Shown here piece after piece: positions 49,745 through 60,298 of a stretch of 64,000 nt of DNA. This stretch comes from Eubacteriales bacterium (GTDB taxonomy: Bacteria; Bacillota; Desulfotomaculia; Desulfotomaculales; Nap2-2B): contig JBAZGB010000001.1 in the NCBI GenBank assembly GCA_041653135.1, forward strand, positions 23,999 through 87,998, written 5' to 3'. The position numbers were made by a program, and so were the translations under genes. The notes under the pieces were generated by a model, which saw nothing but the letters and a program-made list of their open reading frames with translations, was not told the DNA's origin and searched no databases. Numbering within the stretch: the stretch's first letter is position 1; every line of letters begins with the position of its first letter.

Positions 49745-50701
49745 TTATCTCAAAGCATAAGCTATATTAAATGTATCCAAAAAATCTTTTAAAGTATTCG
49801 CACTGATTTCTTCGTTGAGATCTTTTAAAATTGTATCATCTTCAAGTGCCATAAAACTAAAATAAAATCCGTCTACAAAAACTAGTTGAATTAATTCAAC
49901 AACATTTCCAATCATACCCACAGGTATTCTTTGGCACTTTATATATTGTGAAGCATAAGAACTCAACTGCCGTTCAGAAAGCACCAAATCAATTCCCAAT
50001 CTAGCTGCGAACGGAGGTATAGCTGCAGTTAAATCATCTACCAGCCGTATAATTTTAATCATACATCTTCTGCAGTTATCAGGCGCCAGCGGATTTGACA
50101 GCTCTATAATTCCTGCGAGCTTTAAGGCTGTTTGAACTGTATTTGGAAAATTATTTTCAAGGTAGGCAAATGTTTCGTCATCCTTGAGATAAAGACTAAA
50201 AATTGCTGCTCTAAAGGCTTTAATTATATGAAGTCTTACGTCGGTGGGGTCTTCTGATTCCCAGTTATAAAAATACTTGTTAAATCTGTCTTTATATAGG
50301 TTCAGGTTAAAATGCCGGTTTTTAAGTTCTTTAAAAACTATATTATTCTCTGTCAAATCACAGATTAAATCCGCCATAATATGGTTTATTGGATTATTTA
50401 CTGCTTTAATTGAGAATACTCTGGGGTATTTCTTTCTTCCTAAAGATATATGCAATAGTTCATGAGCGAGCATAATTTCAGCTTCCGGTGTCAAATTCTC
50501 GATGTCTTCTTCGATCAAGCTCTTTAACATGATAATATTTGGGATAAACTCATTGCCTTCATAGTTTGTTATGCATGGTTCATGTAATTCATCAGCAAGT
50601 TCCCACTTAATCATTTTATCCGGCGCCAAAGAGGCAACCTTGTTAAATAATTCTTCCAGTTCATTGGTAACCACACGGTCAAATATTTTCAATTTCAGCA
50701 A
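49745..50701 (-). CDS. hypothetical protein with HExxH motif (putative metallopeptidase-like), AT-rich orphan
   Basis: AHELLHISLG is the only motif I recognise. The gene and its flanks are visibly AT-richer than their neighbours. Confidence 0.4.
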   Translation of the reverse strand: MLKLKIFDRVVTNELEELFNKVASLAPDKMIKWELADELHEPCITNYEGNEFIPNIIMLKSLIEEDIENLTPEAEIMLAHELLHISLGRKKYPRVFSIKAVNNPINHIMADLICDLTENNIVFKELKNRHFNLNLYKDRFNKYFYNWESEDPTDVRLHIIKAFRAAIFSLYLKDDETFAYLENNFPNTVQTALKLAGIIELSNPLAPDNCRRCMIKIIRLVDDLTAAIPPFAARLGIDLVLSERQLSSYASQYIKCQRIPVGMIGNVVELIQLVFVDGFYFSFMALEDDTILKDLNEEISANTLKDFLDTFNIAYALR

Positions 50702-50756
50702 GCTCCTTTTCAGGCAAATAATGTATTATAACATGAAACCATTTGGTTAACAATTG

Positions 50757-52442
50757 CTAACGCGCCAATATCCGGCTCATGATTTCCCTGAAAACAGGAG
50801 CGGCGGTTTGCCCGTCTTTTACTCCTTCCTTTACCAAAACAGTAACGACATACCTCGGCTGATCAACAGGAGCATAACCGCAAAACCAGGAATAAACGCC
50901 CTTTCCTTCTTCTCCTGTCTGTGCCGTCCCTGTTTTACCCGCGCTGCCGTATTCATTAAAATATGCTTCCCCGCCTTTCCCTTTTGTGGTAACCAGAGCC
51001 AGCAGTTCTTTTAATTCTAAAGCTGTCTGCAGAGGAACTGCTTGTGTGCCTTCCTCAACAGGAAAAGAGCTTTTGACAATTCCGTCGTTTGTTCGAAGTT
51101 CACTGACCAACCTTGGTTGCATGTAAACACCATCGTTGGCAATAGTGTTCATCATAGCCGAAATTTGAACTGGTGTTGCCAATACCGGTCCCTGTCCGAC
51201 GCTGCTGTTGGCAAGATTATATGGAGATGCAATCAGATCCAGGTTTTGTCGTTTATCGCAGTGTATGTCATAGCCAATAATTTTTTGATTTTCAAGCCCG
51301 AAACTTCTTGCACAGGCGATTAGCTTTTCTGCGCCTAATTTTTGGGCGACTTTAACGAAGACAGGGTTGCACGACTGGGCAAAGGCATCGCTGAAAGATA
51401 TTTTACCATGTCCGTTCTCGTTCCAGCAACGTATTGGCTTTTCTTCGGCGCCGCGGCAATAAAAGTAGTCGTCCTGTGCAACACAGCCATTTTGCAAAGC
51501 AGCGCAAGCGGTTACAATTTTGAAAAGCGACCCCGGCGGAAAGAGCATTGTACACTGGTCTAAAAAGGCCTCCTGATCCCCTTTTAAATAATCTTTTATT
51601 TTGAGCGGTTGAGGGTTATACTTGGGACGGCTTCCCATCGCCAGAAGGGCGCCTGTTTTGACGTCCATTACAACAACAGCGCCGTTGTTAATGTATTCGT
51701 TCATTGTGTTTTCGACAACCTGCTGGATATTTGAGTCTATAGTTGTGACAAGGTTTACCCTTCCACCGTCCGCATGTTTATAATCAACCTCAATACCAAG
51801 CCCTTTCAAAAACTTAGAACGTGCATCCAAATAAATCCTGGCGTACCCGCCGGCAGCGCTGGCCATCAATTCGCGGTTGTAATATAGTTCAAGCCCGGTC
51901 CTTCCTACCCAATCGTCGAACCTAAAAAAATTATTTAGGCCAATCTCTTCTTTTGTTTGTATTTTACCAAGATGGCCAACCACCTGGACTGCTAAAGGGT
52001 CCTCCCCATAGCGCCGGGTTACAGGCAGAACCAGTACACCCGGCCGGTTCATCTTCCGGACTGTCCTAGCTGCGGATGGTGTAATTGTATAGGGAAGAAC
52101 GCATGGACTTTTGCTTAAGGCGGGTAAAAGGCTGTCGCGATCGACTTTTAAAATCTGGGCAAGTTCTTTTGACAGCAATTCAGGATCTTTTATTAGAAGC
52201 GGAAATATAACCAGCCGATTGGAAACAACTGATCCGGTCAGCGAACGCATGTTCCGATCCAAAATATCTCCGCGGGGAAATTCCTCTAATGGAACAGTTT
52301 GTGTTTCACTCCTGATTGCTTTGACCGCGTAATAATTTCCCTTTTCAACTTGAATAAAACATAAACGGAATACAAACATAAGAAAAGGGATCATTAAAAA
52401 ATAAAAAACCAAAACCATACGTTTTCCGGTTAAAAGACCCAT
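50757..52442 (-). CDS. class B penicillin-binding protein (PBP2/SpoVD-type transpeptidase)
   Basis: N-terminal TM anchor, SxxK as GSLFK, KTG as GKTGTAQ. Confidence 0.9.
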   Translation of the reverse strand: MGLLTGKRMVLVFYFLMIPFLMFVFRLCFIQVEKGNYYAVKAIRSETQTVPLEEFPRGDILDRNMRSLTGSVVSNRLVIFPLLIKDPELLSKELAQILKVDRDSLLPALSKSPCVLPYTITPSAARTVRKMNRPGVLVLPVTRRYGEDPLAVQVVGHLGKIQTKEEIGLNNFFRFDDWVGRTGLELYYNRELMASAAGGYARIYLDARSKFLKGLGIEVDYKHADGGRVNLVTTIDSNIQQVVENTMNEYINNGAVVVMDVKTGALLAMGSRPKYNPQPLKIKDYLKGDQEAFLDQCTMLFPPGSLFKIVTACAALQNGCVAQDDYFYCRGAEEKPIRCWNENGHGKISFSDAFAQSCNPVFVKVAQKLGAEKLIACARSFGLENQKIIGYDIHCDKRQNLDLIASPYNLANSSVGQGPVLATPVQISAMMNTIANDGVYMQPRLVSELRTNDGIVKSSFPVEEGTQAVPLQTALELKELLALVTTKGKGGEAYFNEYGSAGKTGTAQTGEEGKGVYSWFCGYAPVDQPRYVVTVLVKEGVKDGQTAAPVFREIMSRILAR

Positions 52443-52507
52443 TTATTATTCCTAAATTATTCTGTACTTTAAATACAGAATAGCCAGAAAACATCTGGTT
52501 ATATACA

Positions 52508-53566
52508 TTAATGCTGGTATTTATTCATATTTGCTGTATGTTCTTGAAGGGTTTTCGCGAAGGCGTGCGTGCCATCCGGTTTGGCAACATAATAGAGGTA
52601 ATCAGTTTTTACAGGGCTTACAGCGGCCAGCAGTGACGCTTCCCCGGGAGAGGCAATGGGCCCGGGGGGAAGTCCGGTGTTTCTGTATGTATTATATGGG
52701 GATTTAATTTCAAGGTCCTTATAATATAATTTTGGTTCCTGACGGCCAAGAGCAAACTGAATTGTTGCATCTACCTGTAAAGGCATATTCCTGCGCAGGC
52801 GGTTTTTAATTACCCCGGCTATTATCGGCCGCTCTTTTGCCGATTTTGCTTCTTTTTCGACCATGGAAGCAATAGTCAAAGCCTGATGAAGGGTTAACCC
52901 CTCTTCTTGAGCCCTTTGTTTATAATTTAAGGTTTGCATTTTTTCTGCAAAGCGATGGAGCATCAGGTCAACAACGCTATGCGGGGATACCCCCCTGCCG
53001 AAATAATAGGTGTCGGGAAAGAGGTAACCTTCCATTTTGTTTCGTACATCCGGGTATTCAACTAAAAAATCATAATCAAATGTTCCGGAATTGATTTCGC
53101 TATAAAAAGCTTCCTTGGCAATGATCTTTTCATTGCTTAAAAGTTCCGCAATCTGTTTAACATTGTAACCTTCCGGAATGGTTGCCTTATGGTACGTTTC
53201 TTTTCCCGCAACAAGCTGATTAATAATTTCAGGAGTTGACTGATTAGATCTAAAAAGGTAGTCTCCTGCTTTAAGACGGCTGTCTAAACCTTTCAATCGT
53301 GTATATAAGACAAAAGCAAAGGAACTTTTAATAAGCCTGCTTTCGGATAGTGATTCAGCAATACTGGCGCTTGTAGAGTTTAATGGAATAATAATTTGAA
53401 CATGTCCGGTTTTGTCGGACGGGTCTGCCGGCAATAAAAGGTTCTTAATCAATATATAAAAAGATATCAATACAAAAAACGTTATTAATAAAAAGTAGAA
53501 ACCTGCTTTTTTGTATTTTAGTTTTTTCCTGCGTGATCTTCTTTTTCTTTCATAAAAACTAACCAC
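52508..53566 (-). CDS. mltG: endolytic murein transglycosylase MltG (YceG-like)
   Basis: TM anchor plus a YceG domain (LEGYLFPDTY ... ASMVEKEA ... PLQVDAT). Confidence 0.9.
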   Translation of the reverse strand: MVSFYERKRRSRRKKLKYKKAGFYFLLITFFVLISFYILIKNLLLPADPSDKTGHVQIIIPLNSTSASIAESLSESRLIKSSFAFVLYTRLKGLDSRLKAGDYLFRSNQSTPEIINQLVAGKETYHKATIPEGYNVKQIAELLSNEKIIAKEAFYSEINSGTFDYDFLVEYPDVRNKMEGYLFPDTYYFGRGVSPHSVVDLMLHRFAEKMQTLNYKQRAQEEGLTLHQALTIASMVEKEAKSAKERPIIAGVIKNRLRRNMPLQVDATIQFALGRQEPKLYYKDLEIKSPYNTYRNTGLPPGPIASPGEASLLAAVSPVKTDYLYYVAKPDGTHAFAKTLQEHTANMNKYQH

Positions 53567-55049
53567 TGGTAATCTCCTCTTGCCCCCCGCTATCTTCTGC
53601 CGGAGGTCTATTGCTGTCCGGAGACTGTTGTGGCAGATCTTCGTTTACAGGTTGAGGCTGGTAGATTTCAGCCGGATTTGTGCCCGGCGGCAATATAACC
53701 GGAACCTCACCTTCTTCTTTGATGCCTACGGCGATTATTTTATTCACAGCATGGTATACGCTCTTCGGTAAAGGTTCTATCTTTTGGACGCCTTTTTCCC
53801 AGATTATCCGGCTGGCAACTACCGCATATCCTTTAGATCCCTGCTGCTTGACAACCTGCTCCCCTTTTTTCAGATTGGGGTCATCTTTATAAATCGTCTC
53901 TGGTTCATATACTTGGACAGTTTCTGTGCTTATACTCACCGGCTGCTTATAATCAGTATTCCCGTATATTTTGAATGTCAGATAACCCCCGCTGACAAAG
54001 GACCTGATGTATATGAAACTCTCTGTGTTATTGCGGAACCTCAAGTCGGACAAGCCATATACGACAGTCGCATCACGCCCGATCGGGACATACGGGATCG
54101 GGAGTGAATGATTTGTGCGTTCAAGAATTTCAAGGTTGCTGATTATTATGGCGTTATAGAGCGTGGTGCTTACCTGACAGACTCCCCCCCCGACACCGTC
54201 AACAAATTCGTTATTGATAATTACCTTTGCGTTTTTATACCCGGCTTCAGTGCTTCGGGGTCCAACGACCCTGTTAAATGATACTTCCTGGCCGGGCGGC
54301 GCCAGCAGGCCGTCAAGGGCATTGGCGGCAACCCTTATATTATACGCCCGTGCAACATTGCCCGGGTCAAAATGGGTTGTATAATATGCAAGAAGACCTT
54401 TAAGCCCCATTGATTCGACCATCTCGGTCGTGCGTTCCGGTTTTATTGTAACCAGGTTTAAATCAAGCTCAGGCTTGCCTTTATCTTTAGTAAGATAATC
54501 CACAAACTGCCTGTAGGCAATCTCCGGGTTCACGCCTGTCCCACTGCTGCCGGGAATAATTTCTATGCGGTCTCCTTTAACTACACGAAAGGCAGCGTCC
54601 TTTGCAGGGCTGCCAATAGTTGAATTAAGCATGATTACTTTTTGCTTAAATTTGTTCTTATTTATTACCAGTCTTAAGGGAAGCTCGTAACTGCGCTTAT
54701 TAACTATTATCCTTTGTCTCAGCCTGCTGAAAACATCGCCGGTTCTGCCCAGGCTGAGAGCGTCATCCGCGGTTGCCTGGATGTCTATAGAAAAGTCCAC
54801 ATCCCGGAGGGGGATAACCAGCTGATGTTCTTTACATTTAAGCACCACAGATGATGCGAGCATTTTATTCTGCAACTGTTCCAGTGCGCTTAAGCATTCC
54901 CTTTCAGTCATGCCCTGAAGTTTAAGATCATGTACTTTGACTCCCGGAATGACCCTGTCTGTTCCGGCAAAAACATAACTGACTCCCAGACCGCTTGCTA
55001 TAATTATTGCTGCAGCCAGCAAGAAAATCACGGGAAAACGAAGCTTCAT
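53559..55049 (-). CDS. VanW family protein with C-terminal G5 domain
   Basis: GGGVCQVSTTLYNA VanW core. G5-like region and Pro-rich tail. Confidence 0.8.
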   Translation of the reverse strand: MKLRFPVIFLLAAAIIIASGLGVSYVFAGTDRVIPGVKVHDLKLQGMTERECLSALEQLQNKMLASSVVLKCKEHQLVIPLRDVDFSIDIQATADDALSLGRTGDVFSRLRQRIIVNKRSYELPLRLVINKNKFKQKVIMLNSTIGSPAKDAAFRVVKGDRIEIIPGSSGTGVNPEIAYRQFVDYLTKDKGKPELDLNLVTIKPERTTEMVESMGLKGLLAYYTTHFDPGNVARAYNIRVAANALDGLLAPPGQEVSFNRVVGPRSTEAGYKNAKVIINNEFVDGVGGGVCQVSTTLYNAIIISNLEILERTNHSLPIPYVPIGRDATVVYGLSDLRFRNNTESFIYIRSFVSGGYLTFKIYGNTDYKQPVSISTETVQVYEPETIYKDDPNLKKGEQVVKQQGSKGYAVVASRIIWEKGVQKIEPLPKSVYHAVNKIIAVGIKEEGEVPVILPPGTNPAEIYQPQPVNEDLPQQSPDSNRPPAEDSGGQEEITSG

Positions 55050-55149
55050 TTTTTCATCTCCCGATAGAAAAAAGGCTGGATAAGTAAATACTAAAAATGC
55101 CGGTTTTCTATTCCGCTGTTTATAATGACCATTAATTTACCGACAGTAT

Positions 55150-55437
55150 TTATTCAGCTTCATCAACCAGTTTTTCTTCCCATGCATCAGCCACTCTTTC
55201 CCACTCTTCGTCATCTTCAATAGTTACCAGGATGTCGCTTCCAGTATCGTCTTTACCAAATTTTAATATGATTACCTCGCCCTCACTGTCTTCATCAGGG
55301 CTCTCTTCAACTGCCAGAAGGACGGCATATTGAGCATTTTCCATTTCTACAATATCAATTACCTCATAATCTTCTTCCTCGCCATTTTCGTCTATGAGAG
55401 TTATGACGCGTTCCTCTTCCGATTCGCCATTTGTCAT
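55150..55437 (-). CDS. DUF1292 family acidic protein (YrzB-like)
   Basis: ITLIDENGEEEDYEVIDIVEMENAQYAVLL pattern. Conserved position next to ruvX and mltG. Confidence 0.8.
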   Translation of the reverse strand: MTNGESEEERVITLIDENGEEEDYEVIDIVEMENAQYAVLLAVEESPDEDSEGEVIILKFGKDDTGSDILVTIEDDEEWERVADAWEEKLVDEAE

Positions 55438-55520
55438 CTAGATCACCCCTTTTTTGTAAAGCTTATTCTTAATGGCAGACATTTGTCAAGAAAATATCCC
55501 CACATATAAAACCTTTTTAG

Positions 55521-55943
55521 TTACCGGGAATTATAACGGGAATCAAGATAATTCTGCAGTATGATTACCGCAGCCAGTTTGTCGATAACTTTTTTGCGTC
55601 TTGCCCTGCTGACGTCTGCGGAAAGCAGAATTTTTTCCGCTGCTACCGTGCTCAACCTCTCGTCCCAAATTTCAACATGAAGATTAAGGTTATCCTTTAG
55701 CTTCTCCACAAACTTGAGCATTTTATTCCCCTGTTCACCCAAAGTGCCATTCATGTTGCGGGGCAAGCCAACGACAATCAGTCCAATGTCATATTGCTCG
55801 ATTAGTTCCTTTATTTTTTTAAGATCCTCCTGTTCGGAGCCGCCGCGCATAATAGTTTTAACCCCCTGGGCTATACAGGCCAAAGGATCGCTTACAGCAA
55901 CGCCGATAGTTTTTTCACCAACATCCAGGCCCATGATGCGCAA
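55521..55943 (-). CDS. ruvX: Holliday junction resolvase-like / pre-16S rRNA nuclease RuvX (YqgF)
   Basis: (L)[21 protein letters not shown] start after GGGAGGA. Confidence 0.9.
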   Translation of the reverse strand: MRIMGLDVGEKTIGVAVSDPLACIAQGVKTIMRGGSEQEDLKKIKELIEQYDIGLIVVGLPRNMNGTLGEQGNKMLKFVEKLKDNLNLHVEIWDERLSTVAAEKILLSADVSRARRKKVIDKLAAVIILQNYLDSRYNSR

Positions 55944-55957
55944 AAAGCAATCCTCCC

Positions 55958-56905
55958 TCAAACGACTCTGATGCACAAATCCGGACATGCCGACCCGCAA
56001 TACCCGCAAAGCCGGCAAAGCTCCGGATTGACAACCGGTCTGTTCCCAATTAATTTAATTGCCCCGAGATCGCACTTATTTATACACTTCCCGCAGCCTG
56101 TACACCAACTTTCGATCAGCAGCCTGCGTTTTTGTCTAACCATTCTTTTACGCATTTCTTTACTTATTTCACGGCCGGAAAAAAAAGATATATTGAAATC
56201 TACTTCCCAGGCGCTCGACATTCCCACTGCGATAGAAGCCAGTTGAGGTATTGAGATTACATAACCCAGCGCTTGTTCGACCTGATCCAGAAGGTTTCCT
56301 CCGCCTAAAGCCTTCATTCCGTATAATCCTTTGCCATACCATGCCGCCTCTTGAATGGAAGTCAGCATTTCTTCCCGCGTTCCGTCTTTAATTCCTATAC
56401 CGGACATATTGATTAAGGGATGAATAATCTCGAACTCCGGAATTAAAAAAGCGGCCTTGACCGCTTCAACTGAATGAGTGGATATGCCTATTGCCCTTAC
56501 AAGTCCTGCATTTTTGGCCTTAACGAGATATTCGACAGCTTCCCAGTGGCCTTTCATGGTTAAAATTGATTCCTGCTCATGCAATAAAAATATATCAATA
56601 TAATCGCGGTTGATCGAACGAAGGGCTTCTTCAAGACTGCTGCGCATATCATTGGCTGTATAAGCATATGATTTCGTGGCTATAACAACTTCATTTTTAA
56701 TACCTTCAATAGCTTTTCTGATATAAGGATAAGTAGCGTACAGCTGAGCGGTATCAATGAAGTTTACGCCTGATTCAAGAGCATAACGGATTATTTTAGC
56801 GCCTTGCTCAAGCGGAAGATTTGCCTGAAGAGGGCCTATCGTAAGGGACCCGAAGCACAATCTGGAAACCAGGATACCGGTGTTTCCCAACCTGCGATAC
56901 TCCAA
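55958..56905 (-). CDS. aldo/keto reductase fused to a C-terminal 2x[4Fe-4S] ferredoxin domain
   Basis: AKR N-terminus [20 protein letters not shown]-terminal [11 protein letters not shown] ... [12 protein letters not shown]. Confidence 0.85.
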   Translation of the reverse strand: MEYRRLGNTGILVSRLCFGSLTIGPLQANLPLEQGAKIIRYALESGVNFIDTAQLYATYPYIRKAIEGIKNEVVIATKSYAYTANDMRSSLEEALRSINRDYIDIFLLHEQESILTMKGHWEAVEYLVKAKNAGLVRAIGISTHSVEAVKAAFLIPEFEIIHPLINMSGIGIKDGTREEMLTSIQEAAWYGKGLYGMKALGGGNLLDQVEQALGYVISIPQLASIAVGMSSAWEVDFNISFFSGREISKEMRKRMVRQKRRLLIESWCTGCGKCINKCDLGAIKLIGNRPVVNPELCRLCGYCGSACPDLCIRVV

Positions 56906-56922
56906 GGCAGCAGTCCTTTCAG

Positions 56923-57180
56923 CTATAAGTCAAGGTAATGCCTGACAAGCTCTTCCATCAGTTCGTCCCTCTCCAGCTGGCGGATCAGGTTCCTGGCATT
57001 ATTATAACCGGTAATGTAGGCCGGATCACCGGAAATCAGGTAACCCACAAGCTGATTAATCGGGTTATATCCTTTTTCTTTCAGTGATTCGCATACTTTA
57101 AACAGTATTTCCCTAGCCTTATTCTTTTCAACTTTAGATTTGTTAAACATCACTGTATGCTCGGAAAAATTTTCAGCCAT
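56923..57180 (-). CDS. ireB: IreB family regulatory phosphoprotein (UPF0297)
   Basis: 85 aa, [23 protein letters not shown], directly downstream of alaS. Confidence 0.85.
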   Translation of the reverse strand: MAENFSEHTVMFNKSKVEKNKAREILFKVCESLKEKGYNPINQLVGYLISGDPAYITGYNNARNLIRQLERDELMEELVRHYLDL

Positions 57181-57212
57181 GTTTTCTTAGCCCCCCCCTT
57201 TTTTAATGACGT

Positions 57213-59858
57213 TTAAGCTTTTATGTTTAATTGTTTTGAAGCTATTAGATAAACTTTGTCCAACGCTTCCTGAAGCCGCGAAGGATCTCTACCGCCGGCC
57301 TGCGCCATTTCTGGTTTTCCCCCTCCTCCTCCGTCTATAATGGAAGCCAACTCCTTGACAAGCTTGCCCGCATGCAGACCAAGGGGCAATAAATCCTTTG
57401 TTATGGCGGCAACCAGATTTACACGGTCTCCCGAGTGGCTTCCTAAAACAATTACGCCGGTATGCAGCTTATCGCGCAGCAGGTCGATCATAGAACGCAA
57501 ATCGTTCACATTCCCCGCTTCAGTTTTGGCCGTCAATAGCTTTATACCATTAAGATCCCTGACATTTGCAAGCATTGCCTGAACTTCGTAATAGGCCAGC
57601 CGTATGCGGAGCTGTTCGTTTTGCTGCTCGAGCTCTTTTATTTCCATAAGCACATTTTCGACCCGGGTCGCCAGTTCTCCCGGAGCAGTTTTGAGAATGC
57701 CGCTGATCCTGTTTACCTGATCGTTTAAGGCGGTTAAATACTGAAATGTTCCTTTTCCGCTGACAGCTTCCACACGCCTGATTCCGGCGCCGACACTGCT
57801 TTCGCCCAACAGTTTGAATAACCCGATTTCATTTGTATTTTTAACATGCGTGCCGCCGCACAGTTCAAGACTGTAGCCGCCGATATTTACCACACGTACT
57901 TCGGCGCCGTATTTCTCGCCAAATAATGCCGTTGCGCCTAAAGAACTGGCTTCGTTAAAGGAAGTAATTGATGTTTCAACCGGCAGTCCTGACAAAATAG
58001 TTTCGTTCACTATATTTTCAACCCGGGCCAGTTCGTCTTCAGACACAGAACGCGGATATGTAAAATCAAACCTGAGCCGTTCGGGCAGGACAAGCGAACC
58101 CGCCTGGCTAACATTTTCCCCCAGCACAATTTTTAAAGCTTTTTGAAGCAGGTGTGTAGCCGAGTGATTCCTGGCTGTTTCCATTCGCCTGACCTTGTCT
58201 ACATGAACACTAACAAGATCATTTTCCCTGATTACTCCCTCTTTTACCTTTCCGTAATGTACGTAAATGCCTTCCACCGGCTTTTGGACGGCAGAAATTT
58301 CAATAATACATCCGGGACTTGTAATTACAGCCAAGTCGTTGATCTGGCCGCCTGATTCCGCATAACACGGGGTAACATCCAAAACCAATTCTATTTCCTC
58401 GTCAGGGAATGCTTCCTTTACGGGTCTTTTTTCTTTGGCCAGCGATAAAACATGGCTTTCAGAGTCCAATGTCTCATATCCCACAAACCCGGTTTCTCCG
58501 AAACGCTCCCTGATTGCCTTGTAAAAAGCTTTATCCTCTGATAAATACTCCGTTTCCTGTCTGGATTTACGCGCCCTTTCGCGCTGTTCTTCAAGCGCTT
58601 TATAAAAATCGCTCTCATTTATGCCGATACCAGCTTCGGCAGCCACTTCTTTGGTTAGTTCAAAGGGGAAACCATATGTATCATAAAGGCGGAATGCGTC
58701 CTCCCCGTCGATTGAATCACTGTTGGCCGCCCTCGCCTTGCGAATCAAACTCTCCAACATGTCAAGGCCCTGAACAAGCGTCTGTGCAAAGCGGGTTTCC
58801 TCCTGGAGAATTATTGAAACTATATTGTCCCTGTTTTTGGCAAGCTCGGGATATATTTCGTCCATTTGTTCTATAATAACTTCGGACACATTTGATAAGA
58901 ACGGCCTTTCCACACCGAGAAGCCGCCCATAACGCATGGCCCTTCTGAGAAGGCGCCTTAAAACATAACCCCTGCCCTCATTTGAGGGAAAAGCTCCGTC
59001 AGCCACAGCGAAGGTGACTGCTCTGCTGTGATCGGCAATCACTTTTAAAGCCAAATCAGTTTTGTTATCTATGCCGTACTTCCTGTTCACAATCCCGGCC
59101 ACAAAATCAATTATTTCACGGAAAAGATCCGTATCAAAGTTTGTAGGGACGTTTTGACATACAGAAGCGACTCTTTCCAAGCCCATCCCGGTGTCGATTC
59201 CCTTCACTGTTAAAGGTGAATAATTCCCCGCTTCATCACGGAAATACTGTATAAAGACAAGATTCCAGATTTCCAAAAACCGGTCACAATCGCACCCTAC
59301 CCCGCAGTTGTTCGAACCACAGCCCCGTTCCCTGCCCAAATCGATATATATTTCCGAACAGGGGCCGCACGGACCTACCCCTATTTCCCAAAAGTTTGTA
59401 TCCTTATCCATCCGTACGATTCTTTCAGCCGGAAATCCGACTTTTTTACTCCATATTTGATAGGATTCATCGTCATCAAGGTAAATACTTACCCATAACT
59501 TTGAAGCATCCAGCTTTAAAACATCAGTCACAAATTCCCAGGCCCAGGGAATTGCTTCTTCTTTAAAATAATCCCCGAAAGAAAAATTGCCCAGCATCTC
59601 AAAAAAGGTGTGATGGCGGGACGTCATGCCGACTGATTCAATATCGGGCGTGCGCAGGCATTTTTGACAGGTAGTAATCCGCCGGGCAGCGGGAGTAATT
59701 GCGCCTGTAAAATAAGGTTTAAACGGGACCATACCCGCAGCCGTCCAAAGAATGCTGGGATCGTTTGCAGGTATTAAGGAGGCGCTCGGCATTGCAAGAT
59801 GCCCGTGTTTTTCAAAGAATTTTAAAAATTTCTTTCTGATCTCCCTGCCTGTCATCAA
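57213..59858 (-). CDS. alaS: alanine--tRNA ligase
   Basis: FLKFFEKHGH, FFEMLGNFSFGDYFK, editing-domain HSATHLL, C-terminal DHHA1 GGGGGKPEMAQAGG. Confidence 0.97.
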   Translation of the reverse strand: MMTGREIRKKFLKFFEKHGHLAMPSASLIPANDPSILWTAAGMVPFKPYFTGAITPAARRITTCQKCLRTPDIESVGMTSRHHTFFEMLGNFSFGDYFKEEAIPWAWEFVTDVLKLDASKLWVSIYLDDDESYQIWSKKVGFPAERIVRMDKDTNFWEIGVGPCGPCSEIYIDLGRERGCGSNNCGVGCDCDRFLEIWNLVFIQYFRDEAGNYSPLTVKGIDTGMGLERVASVCQNVPTNFDTDLFREIIDFVAGIVNRKYGIDNKTDLALKVIADHSRAVTFAVADGAFPSNEGRGYVLRRLLRRAMRYGRLLGVERPFLSNVSEVIIEQMDEIYPELAKNRDNIVSIILQEETRFAQTLVQGLDMLESLIRKARAANSDSIDGEDAFRLYDTYGFPFELTKEVAAEAGIGINESDFYKALEEQRERARKSRQETEYLSEDKAFYKAIRERFGETGFVGYETLDSESHVLSLAKEKRPVKEAFPDEEIELVLDVTPCYAESGGQINDLAVITSPGCIIEISAVQKPVEGIYVHYGKVKEGVIRENDLVSVHVDKVRRMETARNHSATHLLQKALKIVLGENVSQAGSLVLPERLRFDFTYPRSVSEDELARVENIVNETILSGLPVETSITSFNEASSLGATALFGEKYGAEVRVVNIGGYSLELCGGTHVKNTNEIGLFKLLGESSVGAGIRRVEAVSGKGTFQYLTALNDQVNRISGILKTAPGELATRVENVLMEIKELEQQNEQLRIRLAYYEVQAMLANVRDLNGIKLLTAKTEAGNVNDLRSMIDLLRDKLHTGVIVLGSHSGDRVNLVAAITKDLLPLGLHAGKLVKELASIIDGGGGGKPEMAQAGGRDPSRLQEALDKVYLIASKQLNIKA

Positions 59859-59950
59859 TTAACCTCCAAATATGAAGCCGGCCAAGAAGAGCAATTGCCG
59901 GCTTTCCCTGATTTTAAAAAATATCTTTTATAAAGTACTTTCTTGAGCCA

Positions 59951-59980
59951 ATTATACAAAAAATACCGTTTTTATGTCAA
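59951..59980 (-). promoter_or_regulatory. putative sigma-A-type promoter of alaS
   Basis: Minus strand reads TTGACA (59980-59975) - 18 nt - TATAAT (59956-59951), about 95 nt upstream of the start. Confidence 0.55.
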
Positions 59981-60056
59981 GATAAAAGCCTTTCCGGCAA
60001 TAAGAATGAGCCATTTATAAAAATCCAGCAAGGGTGAAATTCTCCCTTGCCTACAA

Positions 60057-60296
60057 TTCTGAAAATTAACTTGCCTTAGGGAGGTCAACTGCTAAACGTG
60101 CTCATATTCGCCTCAGGCCATCGTCGTCACGGTTCGCTCAGGTGCTCCGTGCCGGCAACGCCAACGGTTCGCTTCGGACAGGACCAAGCGGCGCTGCAAA
60201 GGCGGCAAGGCAGTTGTGAAATAAACCGAGCATTAAATTCCAGACGTCACAAAGTCTTTTCAAGAAACCTTGAGTGTGCCGCTGGTTTCGCACCGC
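60057..60296 (+). repeat. GC-rich structured repeat element, copy 2
   Basis: Colinear with 31480-31721. Homology ends abruptly at 60296-60301 against an acyltransferase gene remnant. Confidence 0.85.
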
Positions 60297-60298
60297 TG

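Noticed and set aside
59859-60060. Possible T-box leader upstream of alaS.
   Set aside because: A strong TTGACA-18-TATAAT promoter sits only about 95 nt upstream of the start. The leader has no T-box sequence (GGGTGGTACCGCG-like), specifier loop, or AGAGA/GNTGNGA stem I elements. There is only a short hairpin (AAGCCGGC...GCCGGCTT).
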